Below, one piece after another: positions 53,491 to 63,357 of a DNA stretch of 64,000 bases; position 1 is the stretch's first letter; every line of letters starts with the position of its first letter. The stretch is from Candidatus Shapirobacteria bacterium (GTDB lineage: Bacteria > Patescibacteriota > Microgenomatia > UBA12405), in assembly GCA_022837635.1 (NCBI GenBank), contig JALHFY010000001.1, positions 381,693 through 445,692 on the forward strand, given 5' to 3'. A program made the translations under genes and the position numbers. The notes under the pieces are model-generated. The model searched no databases. It saw only the letters and a list, made by a program, of their open reading frames with translations, and had not been told where the DNA came from.

Positions 53491-53859
53491 TTAATAAACC
53501 TCCTTGGCCATGGAAGCAATTTTATTAAAACCGGCTTCCTTTATTTCCCGAGCGATTGGTCCAAAAATACGGGTACCACGGGGATTTTTTTGAGAATCAA
53601 TAATCACGGCAGCATTGTCTGAAAAGCGGATATAAGAACCATCTGGTCGACCGGTTTCTTTTTTGGTACGAACAATAACAGCTCTGACTTTTTCTTTCTT
53701 TTTAACCAAAGAATTGGGTAAAGCTTCTTTAACCACCGCTAGAACTGTATCACCTAACTTGGCTTGCTTGTGACGGAAACCAACATAAACATGGATAATC
53801 TCCAAAGATTTGGCTCCACAATTGTCAGCAGGATTGAGTCGAGATCGAAGTTGAAGCAT
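53491..53859 (-). CDS. rplN: 50S ribosomal protein L14
   Basis: [17 protein letters not shown]. Confidence 0.9.
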   Translation of the reverse strand: MLQLRSRLNPADNCGAKSLEIIHVYVGFRHKQAKLGDTVLAVVKEALPNSLVKKKEKVRAVIVRTKKETGRPDGSYIRFSDNAAVIIDSQKNPRGTRIFGPIAREIKEAGFNKIASMAKEVY

Positions 53860-53863
53860 ATGT

Positions 53864-54136
53864 TTAAGGACTAGCCTGTTTGATAATTTCTAAAGTAGTA
53901 AATCTTTTAAGTTTGGAAAGGGGGCGAGTTTCTCTGACCTTGACAGTATCACCGATCTTAGCGTTTAAGTTATTTTCAGCATAGATTTTTTTGCGTTTTT
54001 TGACAATTTTCTGATAGAGAGGATGGCGCATGGTATAGCTCATTAAGACAGTGATAGTGTTGGTCATTTTGTCAGAGACAACGACGCCGGTAAAAACTTT
54101 GCCACTAATAGTAGATTTATTGCTTTGAGTTTTCAT
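53864..54136 (-). CDS. rpsQ: 30S ribosomal protein S17
   Basis: OB-fold S17 pattern ([21 protein letters not shown]). Confidence 0.9.
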   Translation of the reverse strand: MKTQSNKSTISGKVFTGVVVSDKMTNTITVLMSYTMRHPLYQKIVKKRKKIYAENNLNAKIGDTVKVRETRPLSKLKRFTTLEIIKQASP

Positions 54137-54323
54137 GTTTTTTGAGAAGAGTGGCGATTAAAGCCATTTCATATCTCATTTTTTTAAAAACTGAGGTATC
54201 TTTTTGGTTGCCTAAATATTGTTTACTTTTGGTTTCCAGATACTTTTTCTTCAAATCAGCTAAAGCAGTTTTGAGTTCTGCAGGGCTTTTTTGATGGTAG
54301 GAAATTTTATCAGTTTTTTTCAT
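54117..54323 (-). CDS. rpmC: 50S ribosomal protein L29
   Basis: 68-aa helical protein between L16 and S17; L29-like LKxxLxxLKK pattern. Confidence 0.85.
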   Translation of the reverse strand: MKKTDKISYHQKSPAELKTALADLKKKYLETKSKQYLGNQKDTSVFKKMRYEMALIATLLKKHENSKQ

Positions 54324-54334
54324 ATTTTGGGCAA

Positions 54335-54739
54335 TTACTTTCTTTTAACAATTTTGGTAACCATAGGAATCTTGGCAGCGGCCAGTTTCAGAGCTCGATA
54401 AGATTCGGATTCAGATACACCGGCGATTTCAAAAAGAATACGACCGGGACGAACCACGGCTACATAGCCTTTGACGTCACCTTTACCGGCACCTAAAGGA
54501 GCACCGGCACCTTTTTCAGTGACGGGCTTATCAGGAAAGATTCTAATCCAAGTACGACCATTTCTTTTGGTAGCATTGGCAATAGCTCGACGAGCGGCTT
54601 CGATTTGATTAGCTGTCACCCAACCGCAAGCCATGGCTTTAAGGCCATATTCACCAAAAGCAACAAGATTACCCTTAGAGTGGCCGCGCATACGGCCACG
54701 GAATTGTTTTCGGTATTTAGTGCGGGAAGGTTGTAACAT
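54335..54739 (-). CDS. rplP: 50S ribosomal protein L16
   Basis: MLQPSRTKYRKQFRGRMRG. Confidence 0.9.
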   Translation of the reverse strand: MLQPSRTKYRKQFRGRMRGHSKGNLVAFGEYGLKAMACGWVTANQIEAARRAIANATKRNGRTWIRIFPDKPVTEKGAGAPLGAGKGDVKGYVAVVRPGRILFEIAGVSESESYRALKLAAAKIPMVTKIVKRK

Positions 54740-54745
54740 AATATT

Positions 54746-55390
54746 TTAAGAAGTTAAACAAAGGTAAACTTTAACACCGATATAACCGGAACGAGTTAAG
54801 CAAGGGACTTCGGCGTAATCAATACGAGCTTTAATAGTAGAGAGAGGGACCTGACCTTGGTGAAATTTTTCGCGACGACTGATTTCAGCACCATTAATAC
54901 GTCCGGAAAGGATTACCTTAATCCCTTTAACACCGGCAGCCATAGCTTTTTCGATAGCATTGAGAACCACTCGTCGATAAGGCATACGCTTGGCCAGTTG
55001 GTAAGAAATTTTTTCAGCAATTAGTTTGGCGGATAAATCGGTGTTTTTGAACTCTTCAACCTGGATATCAATATTGGTTTTAGTACCTTTTTTGTGAATA
55101 ATTTTTTGGACCTCGTTTTTAAGATTCTCTAATTCTTTACCACCGCGACCAATAACTAGACCAGGGCGAGAGACAACCAGAATTAACTTTATTTTTTTAG
55201 CGGAACGCTCAATGCGAATAGAGACGACTCCGGCGGAGTTGAGTCTTTTTTGAAGCATTTCACGAAGTTTATGATCTTCTAAGAGAAGTCTTTTGTATTT
55301 ATCTTTAGAAGCATACCAAGAAGAGAGCCACTCTTGAGAGTGAGGATGAGTTTTTAGTCTAAATGAAATTGGATTAATTTTTTGGCCCAT
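54746..55390 (-). CDS. rpsC: 30S ribosomal protein S3
   Basis: MGQKINPISFRL and a KH domain. Confidence 0.9.
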   Translation of the reverse strand: MGQKINPISFRLKTHPHSQEWLSSWYASKDKYKRLLLEDHKLREMLQKRLNSAGVVSIRIERSAKKIKLILVVSRPGLVIGRGGKELENLKNEVQKIIHKKGTKTNIDIQVEEFKNTDLSAKLIAEKISYQLAKRMPYRRVVLNAIEKAMAAGVKGIKVILSGRINGAEISRREKFHQGQVPLSTIKARIDYAEVPCLTRSGYIGVKVYLCLTS

Positions 55391-55392
55391 AT

Positions 55393-55827
55393 TTAAGATT
55401 TAACCTCGCCTTTGAGGACAATTAACAAACGACTATGACGCTTAATGATAATCCCACGAGAGAAACGAGAACCGTGAGATTTATCCATGCGTTTGATTTT
55501 CTGACCCTCATTGACAATAATGCTGTCAAATTTAAGACTGGTTTCGGAGAGATTATAATTGTTTTTGGCTACAGATACAACTGTTTTAATAGCTCGACTG
55601 AGAGCTCGGGCAGCAGAAGTGTTGGTAAAGGAGAGTTCTAGAGCTGCCTGTTGAGGTGACATTTTCTTGATAGAATTGGCCAAAAGTCGAAGTTTTCGGG
55701 GAGAAACTTTAAGATTTTTATCTTGATAACGACAGGTTTTAAATTCTTTTTTGACCACCACTGGTGCCTCCTTGAGAGGAGTGGTTTTTTTAGCGGTAGT
55801 GGTAGTTTTTTTGATAGTTTTTGCCAT
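55393..55827 (-). CDS. rplV: 50S ribosomal protein L22 (with N-terminal basic extension)
   Basis: LSPRKLRLLANSIKK ... GSRFSRGIIIKRHSRLLIVLK. Confidence 0.85.
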   Translation of the reverse strand: MAKTIKKTTTTAKKTTPLKEAPVVVKKEFKTCRYQDKNLKVSPRKLRLLANSIKKMSPQQAALELSFTNTSAARALSRAIKTVVSVAKNNYNLSETSLKFDSIIVNEGQKIKRMDKSHGSRFSRGIIIKRHSRLLIVLKGEVKS

Positions 55828-55830
55828 AAA

Positions 55831-56106
55831 TTAGGTCTTTTCAATAACACGTTTAACAACACGACCATGACCTTTGAAGGTACGAGTAAGGGCAAATTCG
55901 CCAAAACGGTGACCAACCATATCTTCGGTAACGTAAACCTCGATAAATCGGCGACCATTGTGAACAGCATAGTGATGGCCAACAAAATCGGGAGAGATTT
56001 GACTGCCTCGGGCATAGGTTTTAATAGGTTCAGAACCTTTAGCAGCGGCGGTTTTTTTGATTAGTTTAGCGTCAATATAGGGACCTTTTTTAGATGATCT
56101 GGACAT
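55831..56106 (-). CDS. rpsS: 30S ribosomal protein S19
   Basis: [12 protein letters not shown] ... [11 protein letters not shown]. Confidence 0.9.
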   Translation of the reverse strand: MSRSSKKGPYIDAKLIKKTAAAKGSEPIKTYARGSQISPDFVGHHYAVHNGRRFIEVYVTEDMVGHRFGEFALTRTFKGHGRVVKRVIEKT

Positions 56107-56108
56107 AA

Positions 56109-56852
56109 TTATTTACCACGTCGTTTAACAATTAAGCGATTGGAAGCTTTTTTAAGTTTTCGGGTTTTTTTGCCTTGAGCAGTCTTGCCCCAAGGAGTCT
56201 TGGGATGCATACCGATTGAGGAACGACCTTCACCACCACCATGAGGATGAGAACTAGGATTTTGAGCCACACCGCGAACGGAGGGACGGATACCGCGACG
56301 GCGAGAATCGCCAGCTTTTCTTAGCTTTTGGTTAAAGTGATCACTATTACCAACCTGGCCAATAGTAGCACAGGCGGTAGCTGGGAAAATACGCAGTTCC
56401 CCAGAGGGTAGTTTGACAGTGGCTTTGTCACCATCAATTGATTGAATAAAGGCGGCAGAACCGGCAGATTTAATCATTTGAGCACCACGACCAAGATGGA
56501 ATTCCAAAGCATGAATTGGAGTACCGATAGGAATATTTTTTAAGGGTAGTTTATTACCGTCTTTGATAGGAGCCTTTTCTGAATAGATAACCTTGTCGTT
56601 AACTTTAAGGCCTGCGGGGGCTAAAATGTAGGCTTTGGTACCGTCAGTGTAGACTAAAAGAGCTAAGTTGGCAGTGCGATTGGGATCGTACTCAATAGCA
56701 ACTACTTTAGCTTCAATATCAAGCTTATTTCTCTTAAAATCAACTAAACGAAGGAAGCGTTTGTGTTCACCACCGCGATGACGGACGGAAATCCGACCGC
56801 GAGCATCTCGGCCGCTGCTTTTCTTTTTAATAGTTAATAATTTATTTTTCAT
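56109..56852 (-). CDS. rplB: 50S ribosomal protein L2
   Basis: [20 protein letters not shown] ... GGGEGR. Confidence 0.9.
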   Translation of the reverse strand: MKNKLLTIKKKSSGRDARGRISVRHRGGEHKRFLRLVDFKRNKLDIEAKVVAIEYDPNRTANLALLVYTDGTKAYILAPAGLKVNDKVIYSEKAPIKDGNKLPLKNIPIGTPIHALEFHLGRGAQMIKSAGSAAFIQSIDGDKATVKLPSGELRIFPATACATIGQVGNSDHFNQKLRKAGDSRRRGIRPSVRGVAQNPSSHPHGGGEGRSSIGMHPKTPWGKTAQGKKTRKLKKASNRLIVKRRGK

Positions 56853-57129
56853 AGTTTAAGCTCAAAATATCAATTTTTTGATCTTTTTTAACAGTAATAA
56901 TAGCTTTTTTTAAGTCGGATTTGAAAATAGGAGTCCGGGTTTTCCAATTAGATTTAACTTTACCTTTAGTGATAAAAATGTTGACCGATAAAGGTTTAAT
57001 ATTAAAAATTCTGAAAAATTCAGCCGCTATTTGAGAACGAGTCGCTTTTTTATCGACAATAAAGCTATATTTACCCTGTGCTTGGGCAGCGATAGCTTTT
57101 TCGGTGACTAAAGGTCTTTTAATAAGCAT
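56842..57129 (-). CDS. rplW: 50S ribosomal protein L23
   Basis: Its position between L4 and L2 and an L23-like sequence (IKRPLVTEKA). Confidence 0.85.
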   Translation of the reverse strand: MLIKRPLVTEKAIAAQAQGKYSFIVDKKATRSQIAAEFFRIFNIKPLSVNIFITKGKVKSNWKTRTPIFKSDLKKAIITVKKDQKIDILSLNYEK

Positions 57130-57130
57130 A

Positions 57131-57766
57131 TTATTTTTGAAGTTGTTTTAGGGCGGCAGGAGTAAAAATTAAGAAGGACTGCCGACTCAATTCATAACTA
57201 TTGAGGGAATTAGTCGATAACAGACTCACCTCAGGCAGATTGCCAAAAGCTTTTTTAACATTTTTGGGTTGACGACTGGTTATGATAGCAAAACGACGAC
57301 TTTTTGCCAAGGAGCTTTCGGCTTTTTTAAGCTCAGCAATGAGCTTAACAGCAGCCTTGGTCTTGGCTTCAATGGTAGAAATTTTGTCAATTAAAATAAT
57401 GGCTTTGTTTTTAGCAAATTTAGTTAATAGAGAGCGCAGAGCGGCTTGGCGGAGTTTTTGGGACATTTTTAATTTAGGAAATTGCTTACCGGTAGGAGCA
57501 TGAGCGGAACCACCACCGACAAATTGGGGTGCTTTGGCAGTACTGTGACGGGCTCGACCAGTCCCTTTTTGGGCGTACATTTTTTTAGTGGTACCAGCAA
57601 CTTCACCGCGATGTTTAACTTTGGCATGAGCAGAACGTTGGTTATTGAGATAAACACGAATAGATTGAGCAATCAATTGGTCATTAACCTTGGCATCAAA
57701 AATAGCCTTGGGTAAGGTGATTTCTTTGATGACTTTACCGGAGAGATTGTAGAGACTAGTTTTCAT
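57131..57766 (-). CDS. rplD: 50S ribosomal protein L4
   Basis: Start trimmed to MKTSLYNLSGK; conserved L4 core. Confidence 0.85.
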   Translation of the reverse strand: MKTSLYNLSGKVIKEITLPKAIFDAKVNDQLIAQSIRVYLNNQRSAHAKVKHRGEVAGTTKKMYAQKGTGRARHSTAKAPQFVGGGSAHAPTGKQFPKLKMSQKLRQAALRSLLTKFAKNKAIILIDKISTIEAKTKAAVKLIAELKKAESSLAKSRRFAIITSRQPKNVKKAFGNLPEVSLLSTNSLNSYELSRQSFLIFTPAALKQLQK

Positions 57767-57767
57767 G

Positions 57768-58322
57768 TTATTTTTTGAATAGAGTAAGCCAAGAATTGTA
57801 ATGACCGGGAACGGCACCGGAAACGTAAATTAGATTATTTTCCGGATCAATTTTAACTATTTTGAGATTTAAGATGGTGGCAGTAGCGTTGCCGTAATGT
57901 CCGGGCATTTTCTTACCTTTAATGACTTTACCGGGGGTTTGAGCACCAATGGAACCAGGGGCGCGAGTGCGATCAGATTGACCGCGGGTAACAGGTTGAC
58001 GACGGAAATTGTGGCGTTTAATCACACCAGCAAAACCACGACCTTTACTGGTACCAGTAACAGCAATATTATCGCCTTCAGCAAAAATAGAGTCAACTTT
58101 AATTTCAGACTTAAGTTCGGGTAATTCTTCTCCAATGGTAGCAAATTCGATTAATTTATTACCCAATTGAAGTTGAAGAGCAGAATAACCGTGTTTTTCA
58201 GGAGTTCTAATCTCTTTGACAGTTAAAGGTTTGGCTTCTAGAACAGTAACTGCCAAACGTCGACCTTTATCGTCAAAAAGGCTGGTCATAGTTTTTTTTC
58301 TAGCGAGAAATCCGGATATCAT
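57768..58322 (-). CDS. rplC: 50S ribosomal protein L3
   Basis: MISGFLARKKTMTSLF resembles the E. coli L3 start MIGLVGKKVGMTRIF. Confidence 0.9.
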   Translation of the reverse strand: MISGFLARKKTMTSLFDDKGRRLAVTVLEAKPLTVKEIRTPEKHGYSALQLQLGNKLIEFATIGEELPELKSEIKVDSIFAEGDNIAVTGTSKGRGFAGVIKRHNFRRQPVTRGQSDRTRAPGSIGAQTPGKVIKGKKMPGHYGNATATILNLKIVKIDPENNLIYVSGAVPGHYNSWLTLFKK

Positions 58323-58331
58323 AGGAAGAAT

Positions 58332-58640
58332 TTACATTTTAACTTCAACTTCAACTCCAGAAGGAAGGTCGAGATGCTGTAAACTATCAACAGTACGCAG
58401 ACTAGTACTAAAAATATCAATTAATCTTTTGTGAGTCAAAATTTGGTAGTGATCTCGGGCATTTTTGTCAGTGTGAGGACTAGTGAGAACAGTAAAAATT
58501 TTTCGGGCAGTGGGTAAAGGAATCGGACCTTGGACAGTGGCGCCAGCAGTAACGGCGGCTTCGACAATCTTGACCGCCGCCTCGTCGATGAGGCGGTGGT
58601 CAAAAGATTTCAATCTAATCCGAATCCGATTACCTTTCAT
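58332..58640 (-). CDS. rpsJ: 30S ribosomal protein S10
   Basis: IRIRLKSFDHRLID ... GPIPLPT. Confidence 0.9.
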   Translation of the reverse strand: MKGNRIRIRLKSFDHRLIDEAAVKIVEAAVTAGATVQGPIPLPTARKIFTVLTSPHTDKNARDHYQILTHKRLIDIFSTSLRTVDSLQHLDLPSGVEVEVKM

Positions 58641-58643
58641 GGT

Positions 58644-59816
58644 TTATTTGATAACTTCAGTGATAGCACCGGCACCGACAGTCAAGCCACCTTCGCGGAT
58701 AGCGAAACGGAAACCTTTTTCCATAGCCACCGGTTTAATCAATTTGATAGTAACGTTGGCATTGTCACCAGGCATAATCATTTCGACACCATCGGGAAGA
58801 GTAACTTCACCGGTAACATCGGCAACACCGATAAAGACTTGAGGTCGATAACCAGCAAAGATGGGAGTATGACGACCACCTTCTTCTTTTTTCAGAAGAA
58901 CAACTTCGGCTTTGAACTCAGTGTTAGGAGTAATGGTGCCAGGCTTAGCCAAAACTTGACCACGCTCGATATCGTCTTTTTCTACTCCACGCAGAAGTAA
59001 ACCGACGTTATCGCCAGCTTGACCTTGATCGAGTTGTTTATGGAACATTTCGACTCCGGTAACCACAGCTTTGCGGGTATCACGCAGACCGACAATTTCA
59101 ACTTCGTCATTGACTTTGACAACACCACGCTCAATTCTACCGGTAGCAACAGTACCTCGACCTTTAATGGAGAAGACGTCCTCAATCGGCATCATGAAGG
59201 GTTTATCCAACTCGCGAGTAGGCTCAGGAATATAAGTATCCAAAGCTTCCATTAATTTTTTGATAGATTCAACGCCTTCGGCATCACCTTCGAGAGCTTT
59301 GAGAGCAGAGCCACGGATGATAGGAGTTTCATCACCAGGAAAGCCGTATTTAGTTAAAAGATCACGGATTTCCATTTCGACTAAGTCTAAGAATTCAGGA
59401 TCAGAAACTAAATCGACTTTGTTTAAGAAAACGACAATTGCGGGAACATTAACTTGTTTAGCTAACAAAACGTGTTCACGAGTCTGAGGCATGGGACCAT
59501 CAGGAGCAGAAACGACCAAGATAGCACCATCCATTTGAGCAGCACCAGTAATCATGTTTTTGACGTAGTCAGCATGTCCGGGACAGTCAATATGGGCGTA
59601 ATGTCTCTTGTCAGTTTCATATTCGACGTGAGAGATAGCGATAGTAACGATTTTGCTAGAATCACGAACAGTACCGCCTTTAGCGATATCGGCGTAAGAC
59701 TTAGCATTGCCTTGAACTTTGGTAATAGCCGCAGTCAAGGTAGTTTTACCATGGTCAACGTGACCAATAGTACCGACGTTGACATGGGGTTTGTTTCTTT
59801 GAAAGACATCTGCCAT
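58644..59816 (-). CDS. tuf: Elongation factor Tu
   Basis: [23 protein letters not shown] and NKVD motifs; 390 aa. Confidence 0.95.
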   Translation of the reverse strand: MADVFQRNKPHVNVGTIGHVDHGKTTLTAAITKVQGNAKSYADIAKGGTVRDSSKIVTIAISHVEYETDKRHYAHIDCPGHADYVKNMITGAAQMDGAILVVSAPDGPMPQTREHVLLAKQVNVPAIVVFLNKVDLVSDPEFLDLVEMEIRDLLTKYGFPGDETPIIRGSALKALEGDAEGVESIKKLMEALDTYIPEPTRELDKPFMMPIEDVFSIKGRGTVATGRIERGVVKVNDEVEIVGLRDTRKAVVTGVEMFHKQLDQGQAGDNVGLLLRGVEKDDIERGQVLAKPGTITPNTEFKAEVVLLKKEEGGRHTPIFAGYRPQVFIGVADVTGEVTLPDGVEMIMPGDNANVTIKLIKPVAMEKGFRFAIREGGLTVGAGAITEVIK

Positions 59817-59934
59817 ATGTTTTTATTTTTTTAAAAAATACTCCCGCTTTCGCGGAAAATTAATAACAATTAATTATAGCGGAAAACGCTTTAGAATTGT
59901 ATCAATAAGTTGCTAGCTTCGCAAGAAGGAAAAG

Positions 59935-62040
59935 TTACTTACCCTCAGGTTTGATGGTGAGTTTTTCTTGAATATCGCGTGGAACCGGGTCATAGTGACT
60001 GGGTTCCATGTAAAATGAACCTCGACCTTGAGTCAGAGAGCGGATAACAGTAGCATAACCACGAACAGCTTCTAAAGGAACACTAGCGTTAATGGTAGTG
60101 AAACCGAAAGATTCAGTGGTACCACCAATTTGACCTCGACGGGAAGAAAGGTCACCAATGACTGTACCTAAAAACTCAGAAGGAGTGGCTACTTCAAATT
60201 TCATGATTGGTTCCAGAATTAATGGTTGGGCAGCCATAACAGCATCCTTGATGGCATAGGCACCGGCTAATTTGAAGGCAGCCTCGGAAGAATCAACATC
60301 ATGGTAAGAACCGTCATAAACGGAAACTTTGAGGTCGGTACAAGGATAACCGGCGATAATCCCCTTTTGGAGAGTTTCGCGAACACCTTTTTCGATAGCG
60401 GGAATGAAGTTTGAAGGAATAACACCACCTTTAATTTCATTGACAAATTCAATACCTTCACCACGATTTTTAGGTTCAATGCGGATTTTACAGTGACCAT
60501 ATTGACCATGACCACCGGATTGGTGAATGTATTTTCCTTCACCTTCGGCGTTAGCAGAAATAGTTTCCCTGTAAGCTACTTGAGGAGCACCGGTTTTAAC
60601 ATTGACACCAAATTCCCGCTTGAGACGATCAACGATAACTTCCAGATAAAGTTCACCCATACCGGCAATAATGGTTTGGCCGGTTTCCTGATTGTAGGAA
60701 ACCTTAAAAGTAGGATCTTCTGAAGACAGACGATTAAGAGCAGCACCCATTTTTTCCTGATCATCGGCAGTTTCTGGTTCAATAGAGAGGGAAATAACGG
60801 GATCGGAAAAATGAATTGGGGATAAAGAAATTGGGTGATTTTTATCACAAAGAGTGTCACCGGTGACTGAGTCTTTAAGACCAATACAGGCAATAATTTC
60901 TCCGGCAAAACCTTCTTCAATACCTTCACGTTTATCGGCGTGCATGAGCAGTAAACGACCAACTCTTTCAGTTTTTTTCTCAGTCGCATTAAGCACCTCT
61001 TGACCGGTTTTAATGGTACCCGAATAAACACGAACATAAGACAGGGTACCGACATGGGGATCGGATTGAACTTTGAACAAAAGACCGGAAAAAGGTTCGG
61101 CATTGTCAGCTTTTCGAGTGAGAACTTCACCAGTATCGACATCAAAGCCCTCCACCGGAGGTAAATCTAAAGGTGAGGGTAAATAGTCAACAATGGCATC
61201 CAAAATAGGGTGAATACCTTTGTTTCTCCAGGAAGCACCACAATAAACAGGGAAAAGTTTACGAGCAATAGTAGCTTGTCTGAGAGCAGCTTTGAGCTCT
61301 GGTACAGAAATTTCTTCATCATTTAAGAATTTTTCCATTAAAGTTTCATCTTCACCGGCAATTGTTTCGACCATGGCGGCTCGGGCAGTTTTAGCTTTTT
61401 CCAAATAATCATCAGTGACATCTTTAATGGTAAATTCCAAACCTTCTTCATCTTTATCGTAAACAATCATTTTCATTTCCATGAGATCGATAACACCAAT
61501 AAAATCATGTTCTTGTCCGATGGGTAAAACTACCGGCACCACCGGAGCGTGTAATTTTTGTTTGATAGATTCCAGAGTATTTTCAAAAGAAGCACCGATT
61601 TTATCCATTTTATTGACGTAAGCGATACGGGGAACTTGATATTTGTCGGCCTGACGCCAAACAGTTTCAGATTGAGCTTGAACCCCAGCATTAGCATCAA
61701 AAATCATAATGGCACCATCTAAAACACGGAGGGAACGCTCAACTTCGGCGGTAAAATCGACGTGTCCGGGAGTATCGATAATATTAATACGATGATCTTT
61801 CCAAAAAGTAGTTACACAAGCAGATTGAATGGTAATCCCCCGCTCTCTTTCCTGGGCCATGGAATCAGTGGTAGTAGTACCGGCGTCAACTGAACCAATT
61901 TTGTGAATGTTACCAGTGTAGAACAAAAGTCTTTCAGTAGTAGTGGTTTTACCTCCATCGATATGGGCGATAATACCAATGTTTCTAACTTTGTCCATGG
62001 GGACGGTTCGGTTTTTAGTGACTTGAATAGCTTCCGCCAT
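59935..62040 (-). CDS. fusA: Elongation factor G
   Basis: AHIDGGKTTTTER, DTPGHVDF and NKMD motifs; 701 aa. Confidence 0.95.
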   Translation of the reverse strand: MAEAIQVTKNRTVPMDKVRNIGIIAHIDGGKTTTTERLLFYTGNIHKIGSVDAGTTTTDSMAQERERGITIQSACVTTFWKDHRINIIDTPGHVDFTAEVERSLRVLDGAIMIFDANAGVQAQSETVWRQADKYQVPRIAYVNKMDKIGASFENTLESIKQKLHAPVVPVVLPIGQEHDFIGVIDLMEMKMIVYDKDEEGLEFTIKDVTDDYLEKAKTARAAMVETIAGEDETLMEKFLNDEEISVPELKAALRQATIARKLFPVYCGASWRNKGIHPILDAIVDYLPSPLDLPPVEGFDVDTGEVLTRKADNAEPFSGLLFKVQSDPHVGTLSYVRVYSGTIKTGQEVLNATEKKTERVGRLLLMHADKREGIEEGFAGEIIACIGLKDSVTGDTLCDKNHPISLSPIHFSDPVISLSIEPETADDQEKMGAALNRLSSEDPTFKVSYNQETGQTIIAGMGELYLEVIVDRLKREFGVNVKTGAPQVAYRETISANAEGEGKYIHQSGGHGQYGHCKIRIEPKNRGEGIEFVNEIKGGVIPSNFIPAIEKGVRETLQKGIIAGYPCTDLKVSVYDGSYHDVDSSEAAFKLAGAYAIKDAVMAAQPLILEPIMKFEVATPSEFLGTVIGDLSSRRGQIGGTTESFGFTTINASVPLEAVRGYATVIRSLTQGRGSFYMEPSHYDPVPRDIQEKLTIKPEGK

Positions 62041-62148
62041 TTTAGATTTGAGATAATAACTAGATAATTAGATAACTAGATAATTAGTTAATAGTTATTA
62101 GTTGAGAGTTAATGGTTAATAGATTTCAAACATAGTATCATAGCATAA

Positions 62149-63357
62149 ATGAAGACGAAAATATTAGTGGTTGGGGGTGGAATTGGCGGAATGACTGTAG
62201 CTTATCGTTTGCTACAAAAAGGTTATCAAGTGACTGTAGTAGAAAAAGACAGGGATTTAGGTGGACTTTTGGGAGGATTTTCAATGTATAGCACGAATTT
62301 AGAAAAAGCCTACCATCATATCTTTAAAACTGATAAGTATATTATTGATTTAATTAAGGAATTGGGTTTGGAGAAAAAATTAAAATGGTATGAAAGTAAA
62401 ACAGGATTGTATTATGAGGGAAAAATGTATCCCTTTGCCGGAGCCTTGGATTTATTAAGATTTAAGCCTTTGGGTTTTATGGATAAAGTTCGCCTAGGGT
62501 TAATGAAGATTTATTTGGAAAAAGAAAATAATTGGCAAAAATTTGAAAATGTTTTGGCTTATAAATGGCTGGAAAATTGGTGTGGCAAGAGAGCTTATAA
62601 GGTAGTCTGGGAACCACTGCTGAAAGGAAAGTTTTCGGATAGATACAAGGATATTTCAATGGCCTGGATGTGGGCTCGAATTAACACTCGAGGAAATTCC
62701 AGCGAGGCTGGGAAGGAACTGTTGGGATACATGCAAGGAGGTTTTGATCAGATTACACAAGAATTGGCAAAAAGAATTAAAAAGATGGGTGGAGTCATTA
62801 AATCTAATTCAGAAGTGAAGATTAATTTGATTAAAAATAAATATGATTTTATTATTACCAGCCAAAATTTGAAAAATGTCGATTATTTAGGGGCAATAAC
62901 AGTTGTTTTTAGTTCGAAGCAAAAACTTAGTCCTTATTATTGGCACAATATCAATGATACCAACTCCCCTTTTCTGGCTTTTATTGAACATACTAATTTG
63001 GTCGGGACTAAAAATTATCAAGGGCGACACATTTATTACATGGGAACATATTTGCCCCAAAATCATCACTATTTTACGGATGCGAATAAAAAAATATATG
63101 ATGATTTTTTTGAATATTTAGGGAAGATTTTTCCAAATTTTGAGAGAAAACAGGTGGAAAAGAAATGGATTTTTAAGTTTAAGAATGCGCAACATATAGT
63201 AACAAAAGGATATAAACCCTCCCCTAACCCCTCCCTTGACAGGGCGGGGAAAAAGCCAGTAGTCTTAAACATTAATTTTGCGAATATTTATCCGGAAGAC
63301 AGGGGAATTAATTTTGCGGTGCGAGAAGCTCTAAAGACTGTTCAAAAGTTCTCATAG
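62149..63357 (+). CDS. FAD-dependent oxidoreductase, UDP-galactopyranose mutase-like
   Basis: A Rossmann motif VVGGGIGG ... VVEKDRDLGG, and AYHHIFKTDKYIIDLIKELGL, which resembles the Glf HIFHTN(D/N)K(Y/E)VWDYV block. Confidence 0.5.
   Translation: MKTKILVVGGGIGGMTVAYRLLQKGYQVTVVEKDRDLGGLLGGFSMYSTNLEKAYHHIFKTDKYIIDLIKELGLEKKLKWYESKTGLYYEGKMYPFAGALDLLRFKPLGFMDKVRLGLMKIYLEKENNWQKFENVLAYKWLENWCGKRAYKVVWEPLLKGKFSDRYKDISMAWMWARINTRGNSSEAGKELLGYMQGGFDQITQELAKRIKKMGGVIKSNSEVKINLIKNKYDFIITSQNLKNVDYLGAITVVFSSKQKLSPYYWHNINDTNSPFLAFIEHTNLVGTKNYQGRHIYYMGTYLPQNHHYFTDANKKIYDDFFEYLGKIFPNFERKQVEKKWIFKFKNAQHIVTKGYKPSPNPSLDRAGKKPVVLNINFANIYPEDRGINFAVREALKTVQKFS

Noticed and set aside
44405-59834. Numerous plus-strand ORFs of 60-160 aa across the ribosomal operons (for example 58530-59000, 59472-59834, 55723-56064)
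   Set aside because: They are antisense to highly conserved ribosomal-protein, EF-Tu and EF-G genes and are artefacts of long stop-free antisense frames.
59817-59934. tuf-fusA intergenic hairpins (ccgctttcgcgg, ttgctagcttcgcaa) as a riboswitch or ncRNA
   Set aside because: They are short imperfect hairpins with no conserved motif recognised. They are more likely an intra-operon attenuator or processing site.
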